DNA of 32,000 nucleotides, from assembly GCF_017876815.1 (NCBI RefSeq), contig NZ_JAGIOS010000001.1, positions 1,560,001 to 1,592,000 of the forward strand, in the 5' to 3' direction. Positions within the stretch are counted from its first letter, which is position 1; every line of letters begins with the position of its first letter. The DNA is from Sinorhizobium meliloti. Lineage in GTDB: Bacteria > Pseudomonadota > Alphaproteobacteria > Rhizobiales > Rhizobiaceae. A model generated the notes under the pieces. It was not told where the DNA came from. It did no database searches and saw only the letters and a program-made list of their open reading frames with translations. Position numbers and translations under genes: made by a program. Below, piece after piece: positions 10,625 through 18,824 of the stretch.

Positions 10625-11449
10625 ATGAGCTTGCACACCGGTTTTACTTCCATCGTCGGCTTCGACTCGGCCTGGACTGACAACCCGAAAGCTCCCGGAG
10701 CGATCTGCGTCATTCGTCTGGATGGAGACGGCGCTCATTTGTATCTCGCACCCCGGCTTGCCTCGTTTGCGGAGGCTCTGGATGTCATCGAGCGCGAGCG
10801 CAAGGAGGCCCAGAAGTGCCTTGTGGCACTGGATCAGCCAACGATCGTCCCGAACCTCACCGGCTCGCGTCCCGTCGACAGGGTAGCCGGATCGCTGATC
10901 TCCTGGATTGGAGGCGGCGTTCAGCCTGCAAGCCGGTCGAAGAAGGGTATGTTCGATGACGGCGCACCGATCTGGCGGTTCAAGCAGACCTTGGCAGCGA
11001 CCGAAGAGCCGGAACTCGCACGAGCAGCATCCAGCGGCCTCTTCCTGATCGAGGTTTTTCCGGCTCTGGCACTGGCTGCTATCGAGGGAACCTTCTGTTC
11101 GAGGCTTGCAGCCCCGAAGTACAATCCTGCCAACCGGAAGCGCTTCAAGATCAGCGACTGGCAGGCAGTCGCAGAAGCGGTCAGGCGGTTCGGCATGCTG
11201 AACTCGCTGCGGCACCTCGACGAATGGTGCTTGATAGCGGCAAGCTCCGAGGCGCCGAGGAAGGCGGACCAGGACAAGGTCGACGCATTGATCTGCGGCC
11301 TGATCGGGCTGCATTGGCTTGCCGCTCCGCGTGACCAATCGGTGATGATCGGTGACCTGGAGAGTGGCTATATGATAGCGCCGGCGACGCGCGGCGTGCA
11401 TGAGAGGTTGCGCGCAGCGGCGCGACAGCGGGATGTGGCGATTGCGTGA
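10625..11449 (+). CDS. DUF429-like predicted nuclease (RNase H-like fold), function unknown
   Basis: 274 aa; GAGG lies 4 nt upstream of the ATG. Motif pattern recalled for DUF429/PF04250: IVGFDSAW (beta1 Asp), ALDQPTIVPNLTGSRPVDRVAG, LIEVFPALALAAIEG (Glu), DKVDALICGLIGLHW (Asp). By eye it has more A/T-ending codons (GCA, GCT, GGA, TTG, GAT, CAT) than its neighbours. Confidence 0.7.
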   Translation: MSLHTGFTSIVGFDSAWTDNPKAPGAICVIRLDGDGAHLYLAPRLASFAEALDVIERERKEAQKCLVALDQPTIVPNLTGSRPVDRVAGSLISWIGGGVQPASRSKKGMFDDGAPIWRFKQTLAATEEPELARAASSGLFLIEVFPALALAAIEGTFCSRLAAPKYNPANRKRFKISDWQAVAEAVRRFGMLNSLRHLDEWCLIAASSEAPRKADQDKVDALICGLIGLHWLAAPRDQSVMIGDLESGYMIAPATRGVHERLRAAARQRDVAIA

Positions 11450-11590
11450 GAAGAGGCCACAGACACAGGCCCGTCGCTTCCATTGCCGGAAAATCGATCC
11501 TCAGGGCAGGGAGGCGGATCTCAACTCGATCCTATAAGGTTTAGCCTATGAGGACACAGGTCGAAGCGTCCTTATGCATCCCCTCCCGCA

Positions 11591-12094
11591 TCACTCCCCC
11601 GCATTCCTCCTGAGCCACGCCTCCAACCCCGCGATCACCGACAGCCTCAAGCTGGCGTTGCGCGTCAGCGCCCGGGCAAGCGGGCGGCCGTCGGGTGGGA
11701 AGCCCAGTTCGGCCATCACGTCGTCAGGTTTCAGCCCGCGCCGGGCCATTATCGTTCTGATCTCGGCGATTGCCGAGGGAAGCAGGTAGCGGCCGTTGGC
11801 GATCGGAGTTTCGGCGGGCTGCGGGCCGGCATCGGGCGGGGCGGCGGCGGGCGCGGGCAGCGTGCTTTTGGTTTTGAGCCAGGCGAGGAAGCTTTCGCGT
11901 TCGGCGTCGCTTGCCTTCGCCCAGGAGTTCTTGAGCTTCTCCAGCCGGCTGCGCTCCGGCTTCAGGCCGGCGAGGACCAGCGCCTGGCGCAGCGACGGGA
12001 TCTTGCCGGCGGCGAGGGCGGCGTGGATTTCCGGAAATTCGGCCTTGAGGCGGTGCAGGTCGGGGGCGTCGTCGCCTTTGGTTTTCTTCGCCAT
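11591..12094 (-). CDS. Hypothetical protein with two helix-turn-helix-like segments joined by a Pro/Ala linker
   Basis: ATG 12094 (MAKKTKGDD..) is preceded by GGAG at a 5-nt spacing. Strong GC3 bias in this frame. KIPSLRQALVLAGL and GLKPDDVMAELGFPPDGRPLARALTRN are HTH-like. No family recognised. Confidence 0.65.
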   Translation of the reverse strand: MAKKTKGDDAPDLHRLKAEFPEIHAALAAGKIPSLRQALVLAGLKPERSRLEKLKNSWAKASDAERESFLAWLKTKSTLPAPAAAPPDAGPQPAETPIANGRYLLPSAIAEIRTIMARRGLKPDDVMAELGFPPDGRPLARALTRNASLRLSVIAGLEAWLRRNAGE

Positions 12095-12126
12095 CTTGGC
12101 TCCGCTTGTGACTCTCCCGGGCGGTC

Positions 12127-12167
12127 TAGAGCATTTCAACGTTTCATAGAAACACTGAAATGCTCTA
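12127..12167. repeat. 41-bp near-perfect palindrome (12-bp perfect outer arms)
   Basis: TAGAGCATTTCAacGTTTC-ATA-GAAACacTGAAATGCTCTA, 17 of 19 positions paired. Lies 33-73 nt upstream of the HTH gene start. Confidence 0.8.
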
Positions 12168-12190
12168 ACGGATCCAACGCAGTTTCGGAC

Positions 12191-12223
12191 GGAAAACCGT
12201 TACACACTTTCCTGGAAGCGCTC
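12191..12223. repeat. Dispersed intergenic repeat, copy 1 (GAAAACCG-ACACACTTTCCT core)
   Basis: GGAAAACCGTTACACACTTTCCTGGAAGCGCTC resembles 20230..20265. A GTCTAGA motif lies ~60 nt upstream, as in copy 2. Confidence 0.6.
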
Positions 12224-12370
12224 CAGCGCGCCGGGAGAATGGGGGCGAGCGAAATATCCGGTGTCCGCTGCCCTTCGTTTGAAAGCCGGTCTAGCTCCAG
12301 TTCTGCACAAGTCAGCCTTTCTAACGTCGCCCGACAGCCGTAATGAATGCGGCGAAGGAAGGACGATTCG

Positions 12371-12532
12371 ATGTCTGACGATTTTGAGCGCTACAGCGAC
12401 CCGCAGGATGCGACCGTGGCCCTGTACCTCATGAACAATGACGGCGGCGAGCTGACCGACGTGCTGGTCGCTGCGCTCGAAGACGCGTTCCGGATTCTCA
12501 AAGAGGAATGGTCGAGCCGGTCGATGCATTGA
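12371..12532 (+). CDS. Small acidic hypothetical protein (53 aa)
   Basis: ATG 12371 is preceded by AAGGAAGGA at a 7-nt spacing. About 80% G/C at third codon positions by eye. Sequence is MSDDFERYSDPQDATVALYLMNNDGGELTDVLVAALEDAFRILKEEW.. with no recognised family. Confidence 0.45.
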   Translation: MSDDFERYSDPQDATVALYLMNNDGGELTDVLVAALEDAFRILKEEWSSRSMH

Positions 12533-12593
12533 GGTATTGCCGGTAAAGCCTGTCCCTCGAACGGCCATCCCGCGCGAGGGAACGCGAAGCCGT

Positions 12594-13901
12594 TCACCCG
12601 TTCTTCAGCAGATCCTCCATTGCGGCCGCAGCGCCAAGCAGCATCGCGTCCGCGCCGTGCCGGCCCATCAGCATCAGCCCCGCCGGCCGGCTCGTGCCTG
12701 CCATCGGCAGGCTTATTGCGGTCAGGTCGAACTGGTTGGCGACCTGGGTGTTGCGCAGCAGCAGGTCCTCCACGCGGCGGTATTCGGCCCTGTCCTCCTC
12801 GACCGAGGCGATGCTGACGGCGGGGATGGGTGTGGTCGGCAGCAGCGTGAGATCGAAGGGTGCCAGCCGCTCGTCCATGGCGCGCATGAGCTCTTGCCGC
12901 GTCCGCAGCAGGTCCTCGATCGCGGCGTCGGGGACCGTGAGCCGGCGGCGCAATGTGGATCTTACGCGGATGTCGACCGGCGCATTGTCGTCCAGGAGCC
13001 AGTCCGCGTGCACACGGCTTGCCTCGAGGCCAGCAAGCGAACCGATCGCGGTTGCCTCGGCGAAGCGGGCGAGGAGATCGTCGATCCCGCATGCGGCGAG
13101 TTTCGCACCCGCGCGGGAGAACGCTTGCAGGCTTCTTTCGAAAGCCGCCGCAATTTCCGGCGCAAGCCCTTCGAGAAGAGCGCCTTCGGGGATGCCGAGT
13201 TTCAGGCCGGCGAGCGGCATGCGCTCGAGCGGTCTCGGCGTATCGCCGGCCATGACCGCGTCGGCGGCCGCGCAACCGGCGACCGTGCGCGCAAGCGGGC
13301 CGATCGAATCGAGGCTGGGGGACAGGGGAAAGGCGCCTTCCAGAGATATGCGGCGGGCGGTGGGCTTGAAGCCGACGAGGCCCTGCAGGGCGGCCGGAAT
13401 GCGCACCGAGCCGCCGCTGTCGGAGCCGATGGCGATCTCGCTCGTGCCCTCCGCCGCCGAGACGGCGGCGCCGGAGGAGGAACCGCCGGGAATGAGGCTC
13501 GGGTCGATAGCGTTGCCGGGCACCGGGTAATGCGGATTGAGGCCGACGGCGGTAAAGGCGAATTCCGTCATGTGAGACTTGCCGATGATGACGGCGCCGG
13601 CCGCGCGAAGGCGCCGGACGATCGCCGCGTCCGCTGTTGCCGGAGGCGCCGCGCGGCGGATGATGGAGCCCGCAAGCGTCGGCTCGCCCGCGATGTCAAA
13701 GAGGTCCTTGATGGAGACGATCCGCCCGTCGAGGGGCCCGAGGCTCTTGCCCTCGCGCCGCCTCCCGTCGGCAGCGTCCGCTTCCGCGCGGGCTGTCTCG
13801 GGATAGAGCTTCACATAAACGCGTTCATCGTTCCGCCGCCCGTCGAGGCGGGCGAGAACGGTTTCGAGGCGGTCGCGGGAGGGCGCATCTGACGGGGGCA
13901 A
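12594..13901 (-). CDS. Amidase-signature family amidase
   Basis: VSIKDLF (Lys), GGSSSGAAVSAAEG and GSDSGGSVRIPA (Ser-cisSer-Lys signature). Start set at TTG 13901 (GAGG 7 nt upstream); TTG 13928 is also possible. The track start at 14126 would overlap the divergent KTSC gene. Confidence 0.85.
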   Translation of the reverse strand: MPPSDAPSRDRLETVLARLDGRRNDERVYVKLYPETARAEADAADGRRREGKSLGPLDGRIVSIKDLFDIAGEPTLAGSIIRRAAPPATADAAIVRRLRAAGAVIIGKSHMTEFAFTAVGLNPHYPVPGNAIDPSLIPGGSSSGAAVSAAEGTSEIAIGSDSGGSVRIPAALQGLVGFKPTARRISLEGAFPLSPSLDSIGPLARTVAGCAAADAVMAGDTPRPLERMPLAGLKLGIPEGALLEGLAPEIAAAFERSLQAFSRAGAKLAACGIDDLLARFAEATAIGSLAGLEASRVHADWLLDDNAPVDIRVRSTLRRRLTVPDAAIEDLLRTRQELMRAMDERLAPFDLTLLPTTPIPAVSIASVEEDRAEYRRVEDLLLRNTQVANQFDLTAISLPMAGTSRPAGLMLMGRHGADAMLLGAAAAMEDLLKNG

Positions 13902-13944
13902 GGAAGGACCTCGTGAATTGCGGGCCAAGTCCGGAAGGAAGTCC

Positions 13945-13959
13945 TTGGAAGCGTTCCAA
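13945..13959. promoter_or_regulatory. Perfect palindrome TTGGAA-GCG-TTCCAA in the amidase/KTSC divergent gap
   Basis: Read directly from the sequence. It is followed by the AT-rich stretch TATTTAAAGGA. Candidate operator. Confidence 0.3.
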
Positions 13960-14025
13960 TATTTAAAGGATCGCACGATTGATGTACAATAGGGGCGATA
14001 GCGACAAGCAATCGGGAAGACGCCG

Positions 14026-14247
14026 ATGCGAATTCTACGATCCTCCGCAATCCTCGACTCCTCCGCGATCCATGAGGTCAGATACGATGTGCCGCGCCGG
14101 ACGTTGAGCGTCTGGTTCCTCGGCAACCGCAGGCCCTATCATTACCTCGACGTTCCGGAAGAGGTTTACGAGGAACTGCTGCATGCGGATTCCGCCGGCA
14201 ACTATTTCAATCGGCACATACGCCATCACTACGGTTTCCTGCATTAG
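14026..14247 (+). CDS. KTSC domain-containing protein
   Basis: 73 aa. SSAIHEVRYDVPRRTLSVWFLGNRRPYHYLDVPEEVYEELLHADSAGNYFNRHIR matches the KTSC (PF13619) pattern as I recall it. Confidence 0.8.
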   Translation: MRILRSSAILDSSAIHEVRYDVPRRTLSVWFLGNRRPYHYLDVPEEVYEELLHADSAGNYFNRHIRHHYGFLH

Positions 14248-14289
14248 GGATTGCCCCTTATCCGCCTGCAGGCAGCCCCCTTCACAGAA

Positions 14290-14340
14290 CTGTCGCCAAA
14301 CCGTCCGAATAGTTTCATCCGCCTGTAAAGCCGCTGACAT
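14290..14340 (+). promoter_or_regulatory. Pho-box-like array (five 7-mers at 11-bp phasing)
   Basis: CTGTCGC-caaa-CCGTCCG-aata-GTTTCAT-ccgc-CTGTAAA-gccg-CTGACAT. Matches to CTGTCAT are 5/7, 4/7, 5/7, 5/7 and 6/7. The array ends 64 nt upstream of the phoD start. Confidence 0.5.
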
Positions 14341-14403
14341 CTGGCTCGCCAATGGTCCGCTCGCGAGAACCGACGATTCGCGAAACGGAACCGGAGGCAG
14401 GGA

Positions 14404-15966
14404 TTGGCCGCTCTTCGAAACACCCTCACCAGGCGTTCTTTCCTCTTCTCCGCCGGCGCCGCAGGTCTTGTCGCTTCTTCCGGTCTCGCCACGCCGTTCT
14501 ATGCGCGCGGCTACGGGCGGCCGGAATTCGCCCATGGGGTACAGTCCGGCGACGTCGATACGGGCTCGGGGATGATCTGGACGCGGGTCGATCGGCCGGC
14601 GCGCGTTTCCGTCGAATATTCGACTACGGAAAGCTTTTCGAATGCCGTGAGGCTTGCCGATATCGATGCGACGCCGCTGACCGACTGCGCCGTCAAGTGC
14701 CGGCTCCACAATCTGCTGCCGGACCAGGACATCTTCTATCGCTTCATCGCGACCGATCTCTACGACGCCAATCGCGTCTCCGAACCGGTCGTCGGGCGCT
14801 TCCGGACGGCTCCCTTGCGCCGCCGCTCCGTGCGCTTCGTCTGGTCCGGCGACACGGCGGGGCAGGGCTGGGGCATCGACGAGGTCGGCATGAAGACCTA
14901 TTCGACCATGCGGCTGCACGAGCCGGATTTCTTCATCCATTCCGGCGACACGATCTATGCCGACAATCCTATCCCCGACGAGATCAAGCTGCGCGACGGC
15001 GGCATGTGGAAGAACCGGATCGTCACGCCCGAGAAGCGAGACGTCGCGCGGACGCTCGAGGAATATCGCGGCCAGTGGAAATACAACCTGCTCGACGAGC
15101 ATGTGCGGAGGCTCCATGCCGAATGTCCCACCTTCTATCAGTGGGACGACCACGAGGTCCTGAACAACTGGTCGGCCTCGACCGATCTCAGCGACGACCC
15201 GCGCTATCCGGAGAAGGATGTCGCCGTCTATGCCGCCCGCGCGGCCCGCGCGTTTCACGAGATGACGGCGATCCGCACGCTGCCGACGGAGCCCGGCCGC
15301 ATTTTCCGCAAGATCGCCTATGGTCCGCTGCTCGACGTCTTCTTCGTGGATCTGCGCTCCTATCGCGGCCCCAACCAGGAAGAGGGGGGGGGCGGCCTCT
15401 TCGGCTGGCGGCAGGCGGACTGGCTGAAGCGCGAGCTTGCGGCGTCCAGCGCCACCTGGAAGGTGATCGCCTGCGACATGCCGATCGGCCTCATCGTTTG
15501 GGACGACTATTCGGCAAGGCGCGGATCGGATGCCATTGCCGACGGCGACCATGGCGCGCCGAAGGGGCGCGAGAGCGAATTTGCGGACCTCCTGCGCTTC
15601 GTCCGCGACAATGCGATCGAGAACCTCGTCTGGCTGACGGCGGACGTGCATTACACGGCGGCGCATCACTACGATCCCTCGCGGGCTGCCTTCAAGGACT
15701 TCTCGCCGTTCTGGGAGTTCGTCTCCGGGCCGCTTCATTCCGGCACCTACGGCCCGAAGGAGCTCGACATGACCTTCGGCCCCGAGGTTCGCTTCATGAA
15801 GGCGTCCGGCGGAGGAATCGACAGCAACCTGCCGCCGTCGGCGGGCCTTCAATTCTTCGGCATCGTCGATATCAGCGGCCAGACGCGGCAGATGACGGTG
15901 CGGCTGATGGACCGGCAGGATCAGGAACTCTGGCGGGTAACCCTCGATCCGGCGGTTTCCGCTTGA
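14404..15966 (+). CDS. phoD: PhoD-family alkaline phosphatase/phosphodiesterase, Tat-exported
   Basis: TTG start with GGAGG 6 nt upstream. Twin-arginine signal [15 protein letters not shown]. 520 aa with PhoD-like metallophosphatase body ([24 protein letters not shown]). Confidence 0.9.
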   Translation: MAALRNTLTRRSFLFSAGAAGLVASSGLATPFYARGYGRPEFAHGVQSGDVDTGSGMIWTRVDRPARVSVEYSTTESFSNAVRLADIDATPLTDCAVKCRLHNLLPDQDIFYRFIATDLYDANRVSEPVVGRFRTAPLRRRSVRFVWSGDTAGQGWGIDEVGMKTYSTMRLHEPDFFIHSGDTIYADNPIPDEIKLRDGGMWKNRIVTPEKRDVARTLEEYRGQWKYNLLDEHVRRLHAECPTFYQWDDHEVLNNWSASTDLSDDPRYPEKDVAVYAARAARAFHEMTAIRTLPTEPGRIFRKIAYGPLLDVFFVDLRSYRGPNQEEGGGGLFGWRQADWLKRELAASSATWKVIACDMPIGLIVWDDYSARRGSDAIADGDHGAPKGRESEFADLLRFVRDNAIENLVWLTADVHYTAAHHYDPSRAAFKDFSPFWEFVSGPLHSGTYGPKELDMTFGPEVRFMKASGGGIDSNLPPSAGLQFFGIVDISGQTRQMTVRLMDRQDQELWRVTLDPAVSA

Positions 15967-16005
15967 GCCGGCGGCGCCTCACGCAGGTCAGCCCTGCGCG
16001 CCGGC
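15967..16005 (+). terminator. GC-rich hairpin after phoD (weak terminator candidate)
   Basis: GCCGGCG(G)CGC ... GCGCGCCGGC followed by CCCCTTTCG. The U tract is poor. Confidence 0.3.
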
Positions 16006-16101
16006 CCCCTTTCGCTTCCGGGAAAAAACCTGTATGAGCGCGGCAACTGAAAAGCGGTACCTGCCTCGTCGCGCGTGCCCACGAACTTTCCGAGACAAAA
16101 A

Positions 16102-17928
16102 ATGAGCATTCGTAACATCGCGATCATCGCGCACGTCGACCATGGGAAAACCACGCTCGTCGACGAACTTCTGAAGCAGTCGGGCTCCTTCCGCGAAAAC
16201 CAGCGCGTCGCCGAGCGCATGATGGATTCCAACGAACTGGAAAAGGAACGCGGCATCACCATCCTCGCCAAGGCGACTTCGGTCGAGTGGAAGGGTACCC
16301 GCATCAATATCGTCGACACCCCCGGCCACGCCGATTTCGGCGGTGAAGTCGAGCGCATTCTGTCGATGGTGGACGGCGCCATCGTGCTGGTCGACGCCGC
16401 CGAAGGCCCGATGCCGCAGACGAAATTCGTCGTCGGCAAGGCGCTCAAGGTCGGTCTTCGGCCGATCGTGGCGATCAATAAGATCGACCGGCCCGATGCC
16501 CGTCACGAGGAAGTCATCAACGAGGTATTCGATCTCTTCGCGGCGCTCGATGCGACCGATGAGCAGCTCGACTTCCCGATTCTCTACGGTTCCGGCCGTA
16601 ACGGCTGGATGAACGTCGCGCCGGAAGGTCCGCAGGATCAGGGCCTGGCACCGCTCCTCGATCTCGTTCTCGATCACGTTCCGGAGCCGAGCGTCGGCGA
16701 AGGCCCGTTCCGGATGATCGGCACCATTCTCGAAGCCAATCCCTTCCTCGGCCGCATCATCACCGGGCGCATTCATTCCGGTTCGATCAAGCCGAACCAG
16801 GCGGTCAAGGTCCTCGGGCAGGACGGCAAGGTGCTCGAGTCCGGGCGCATCTCCAAGATTCTTGCATTCCGCGGCATCGAGCGTCAGCCGATCGAGGAAG
16901 CCCATGCGGGCGACATCGTGGCGATCGCCGGCCTCTCCAAGGGCACCGTCGCCGACACGTTCTGTGATCCGGCCATCAACGAGCCGCTGAAGGCGCAGCC
17001 GATCGATCCGCCGACCGTCACCATGTCCTTCCTCGTCAACGATTCTCCGCTCGCCGGCACCGAAGGCGACAAGGTCACTTCGCGCGTCATCCGCGACCGT
17101 CTGTTCAAGGAAGCCGAGGGCAACGTCGCATTGAAGATCGAGGAATCCTCCGAGAAGGACTCGTTCTACGTGTCGGGCCGCGGCGAACTGCAGCTCGCGG
17201 TTCTGATCGAAACGATGCGCCGCGAAGGCTTCGAGCTCGCCGTCTCGCGTCCGCGCGTGGTCATGCACAAGGATGAGAACGGACAGCTCCTGGAGCCGAT
17301 CGAAGAGGTCGTCATCGACGTCGACGAGGAGCATTCGGGCGTCGTCGTCCAGAAAATGTCCGAACGCAAGGCCGAAATGGCCGAGCTTCGTCCCTCCGGC
17401 GGCAACCGCGTCCGGCTGGTGTTCTTCGCGCCCACCCGCGGTCTCATCGGCTATCAGTCGGAGCTTCTGACCGATACGCGCGGCACGGCGATCATGAACC
17501 GCCTGTTCCACGACTACCAGCCCTATAAGGGTGAGATCGGCGGCCGCGTGAACGGTGTTCTGCTCTCGAACGACGCCGGCGAATCCGTGGCCTATGCGAT
17601 GTTCAACCTCGAAGATCGCGGCCCGATGATCATCGACGCCGGCGAAAAGGTCTATGCGGGCATGATCATCGGTATCCACACGCGCGACAACGATCTGGAA
17701 GTCAACGTCCTCAAGGGTAAGAAGCTCACCAACATGCGCGCGTCCGGCAAGGACGAGGCGGTAAAGCTGACGCCGCCGATCCGCATGACGCTCGACCGGG
17801 CGCTGTCATGGATCCAGGACGACGAACTGGTCGAGGTCACGCCGAAGTCGATCCGGCTTCGCAAGATGTATCTCGATCCGAACGAGCGCAAGCGCTTCGA
17901 GAAGTCGCGGACGGCCGGCGCTGCTTAA
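16102..17928 (+). CDS. typA: Translational GTPase TypA/BipA
   Basis: ATG 16102 gives [36 protein letters not shown] and NKIDR G-motifs present. About 608 aa. Confidence 0.97.
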   Translation: MSIRNIAIIAHVDHGKTTLVDELLKQSGSFRENQRVAERMMDSNELEKERGITILAKATSVEWKGTRINIVDTPGHADFGGEVERILSMVDGAIVLVDAAEGPMPQTKFVVGKALKVGLRPIVAINKIDRPDARHEEVINEVFDLFAALDATDEQLDFPILYGSGRNGWMNVAPEGPQDQGLAPLLDLVLDHVPEPSVGEGPFRMIGTILEANPFLGRIITGRIHSGSIKPNQAVKVLGQDGKVLESGRISKILAFRGIERQPIEEAHAGDIVAIAGLSKGTVADTFCDPAINEPLKAQPIDPPTVTMSFLVNDSPLAGTEGDKVTSRVIRDRLFKEAEGNVALKIEESSEKDSFYVSGRGELQLAVLIETMRREGFELAVSRPRVVMHKDENGQLLEPIEEVVIDVDEEHSGVVVQKMSERKAEMAELRPSGGNRVRLVFFAPTRGLIGYQSELLTDTRGTAIMNRLFHDYQPYKGEIGGRVNGVLLSNDAGESVAYAMFNLEDRGPMIIDAGEKVYAGMIIGIHTRDNDLEVNVLKGKKLTNMRASGKDEAVKLTPPIRMTLDRALSWIQDDELVEVTPKSIRLRKMYLDPNERKRFEKSRTAGAA

Positions 17929-17942
17929 GGGGCTAAAAGCGA

Positions 17943-18062
17943 GCCCCTCATCCCGCTGCCGCGACCTTCTCCCCGCATGCGGGGAGAAGGGGTATGCCGC
18001 GCCGCCTCCGTCCGCTCTCCCCGCGAGCGGGCCAGTCCTCGGGTTAAAGCCGAGGAGAGGGG
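17943..18062. repeat. RIME/REP-like palindromic intergenic element, copy A
   Basis: GCCCCTCATCCCGCTGCCGCGACCTTCTCCCCGCATGCGGGGAGAAGGG (17943..17991) differs at one position from 22058..22106. It contains the perfect 12-bp hairpin CCTTCTCCCCGC-AT-GCGGGGAGAAGG (17965..17990). A second hairpin is TCCTCGG-N7-CCGAGGA (18036..18056). Confidence 0.8.
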
Positions 18063-18093
18063 CAAGTCCAACCTTCTGATTTCGTCGATCTAC

Positions 18094-18120
18094 AAACCCC
18101 CGGAGCGATCCGGGGTTTTT
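18094..18120 (+). terminator. Intrinsic terminator downstream of typA
   Basis: AAACCCCCGG-AGCGAT-CCGGGGTTTTT. Confidence 0.65.
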
Positions 18121-18157
18121 GCTGTGTGTGCCTTTCGCGGGCGGCTTGCGGATAAAG

Positions 18158-18173
18158 TTAAAAAGGCGTTAAC
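18158..18173. promoter_or_regulatory. CtrA-box-like motif TTAA-N7-TTAAC
   Basis: TTAAaaaggcgTTAAC, about 100 nt upstream of the GNAT gene at 18272. Part of a cluster of four GTTAA motifs and a 10-bp inverted repeat GGCGTTAACC/GGTTAACGCC (18165..18174 and 18205..18214). Confidence 0.3.
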
Positions 18174-18271
18174 CTTGGGGCAGGTGCCGTTAAAGTTGCC
18201 TGTGGGTTAACGCCGCGCGACAGCCCGGCGGGATTCCTGTCCGCCGCGTCGTGTGATTAGAGTCGCAAGTC

Positions 18272-18778
18272 ATGAAGACTGTTTCGATCGAGGTTCGGCC
18301 TGGGGAGCCGCATGAGGCGGCGGCAATCGCCGACGTGCATCGCGTTTCCTGGTTGCAGGCCTATGGCGGTATCATTCCGCACCGCCCCCTTGTCCGAATG
18401 GTCAATCGCCGCGACGAGACCTGGTGGCGCAAGGCCACGCGCGGACCGGCGACCCTTCTCGTCGTCGACGTCGCCGGCACGATAGCCGGCTATGCGACGC
18501 TGGGCCTGAGCCGGGCGCGGGCGCTGCCGCAGGAAGGCGAAATCTACGAGATATATCTGAGGCCCGAATATCAGGGCATCGGCCTCGGGCGTGTCCTCTT
18601 TGGCGAAGCAAAGAGCCTTCTGAAATCGCTCGGCTGCGAAGGGCTCGTCGTCTGGTGCCTGGAAGACAGTGCGAATGCCTATAATTTCTTCCATTCGGCG
18701 GGCGGTCGCGACATTGCCGAAGGCATGGAGGATTTCGGCGAGAAGCACCTGAAGAAGGTCGGCTTCGTCTGGAGTTGA
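18272..18778 (+). CDS. GNAT family N-acetyltransferase
   Basis: 168 aa. Motif A reads IYLRPEYQGIGLGRVLF. Confidence 0.8.
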   Translation: MKTVSIEVRPGEPHEAAAIADVHRVSWLQAYGGIIPHRPLVRMVNRRDETWWRKATRGPATLLVVDVAGTIAGYATLGLSRARALPQEGEIYEIYLRPEYQGIGLGRVLFGEAKSLLKSLGCEGLVVWCLEDSANAYNFFHSAGGRDIAEGMEDFGEKHLKKVGFVWS

Positions 18779-18824
18779 GGAGTGCCGCAAGGCGCTGTCA
18801 TCGGTCCGGGCGTCTCGCAGAGCC

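Noticed and set aside
12200-12568. 122-aa minus-strand ORF opposite the small acidic ORF
   Set aside because: It has no SD and runs through the dispersed repeat. The GC3 pattern favours the plus-strand 53-aa frame, though neither frame is proven.
12537-13892. 451-aa plus-strand ORF opposite the amidase, and the other antisense or out-of-frame ORFs (3887..5017, 4690..5802, 6173..6919, 7147..7890, 18840..20138, 20632..21816, 21185..22066, 29414..30637)
   Set aside because: Each overlaps a gene with clear family signatures on the other strand or in another frame. All are Arg/Pro/Gly-rich artefacts typical of high-GC sequence.
14035-17679. 605-aa (14035..15852) and 563-aa (15988..17679) minus-strand ORFs opposite phoD and typA
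   Set aside because: These are antisense to unambiguous conserved genes (Tat-signal PhoD; TypA with GTPase motifs). Their composition is Arg/Asp/Gly-biased and they contain no domains.
17977-18210. 77-aa ORF (and 22063..22260, 65 aa) translating the palindromic repeats (..SPRERASPRVKAEERG.., ..LTLTLSPQAGRGD..)
   Set aside because: These are generated by the GC-rich REP/RIME-like hairpins. They have no SD, and copy B lies between convergent gene ends.
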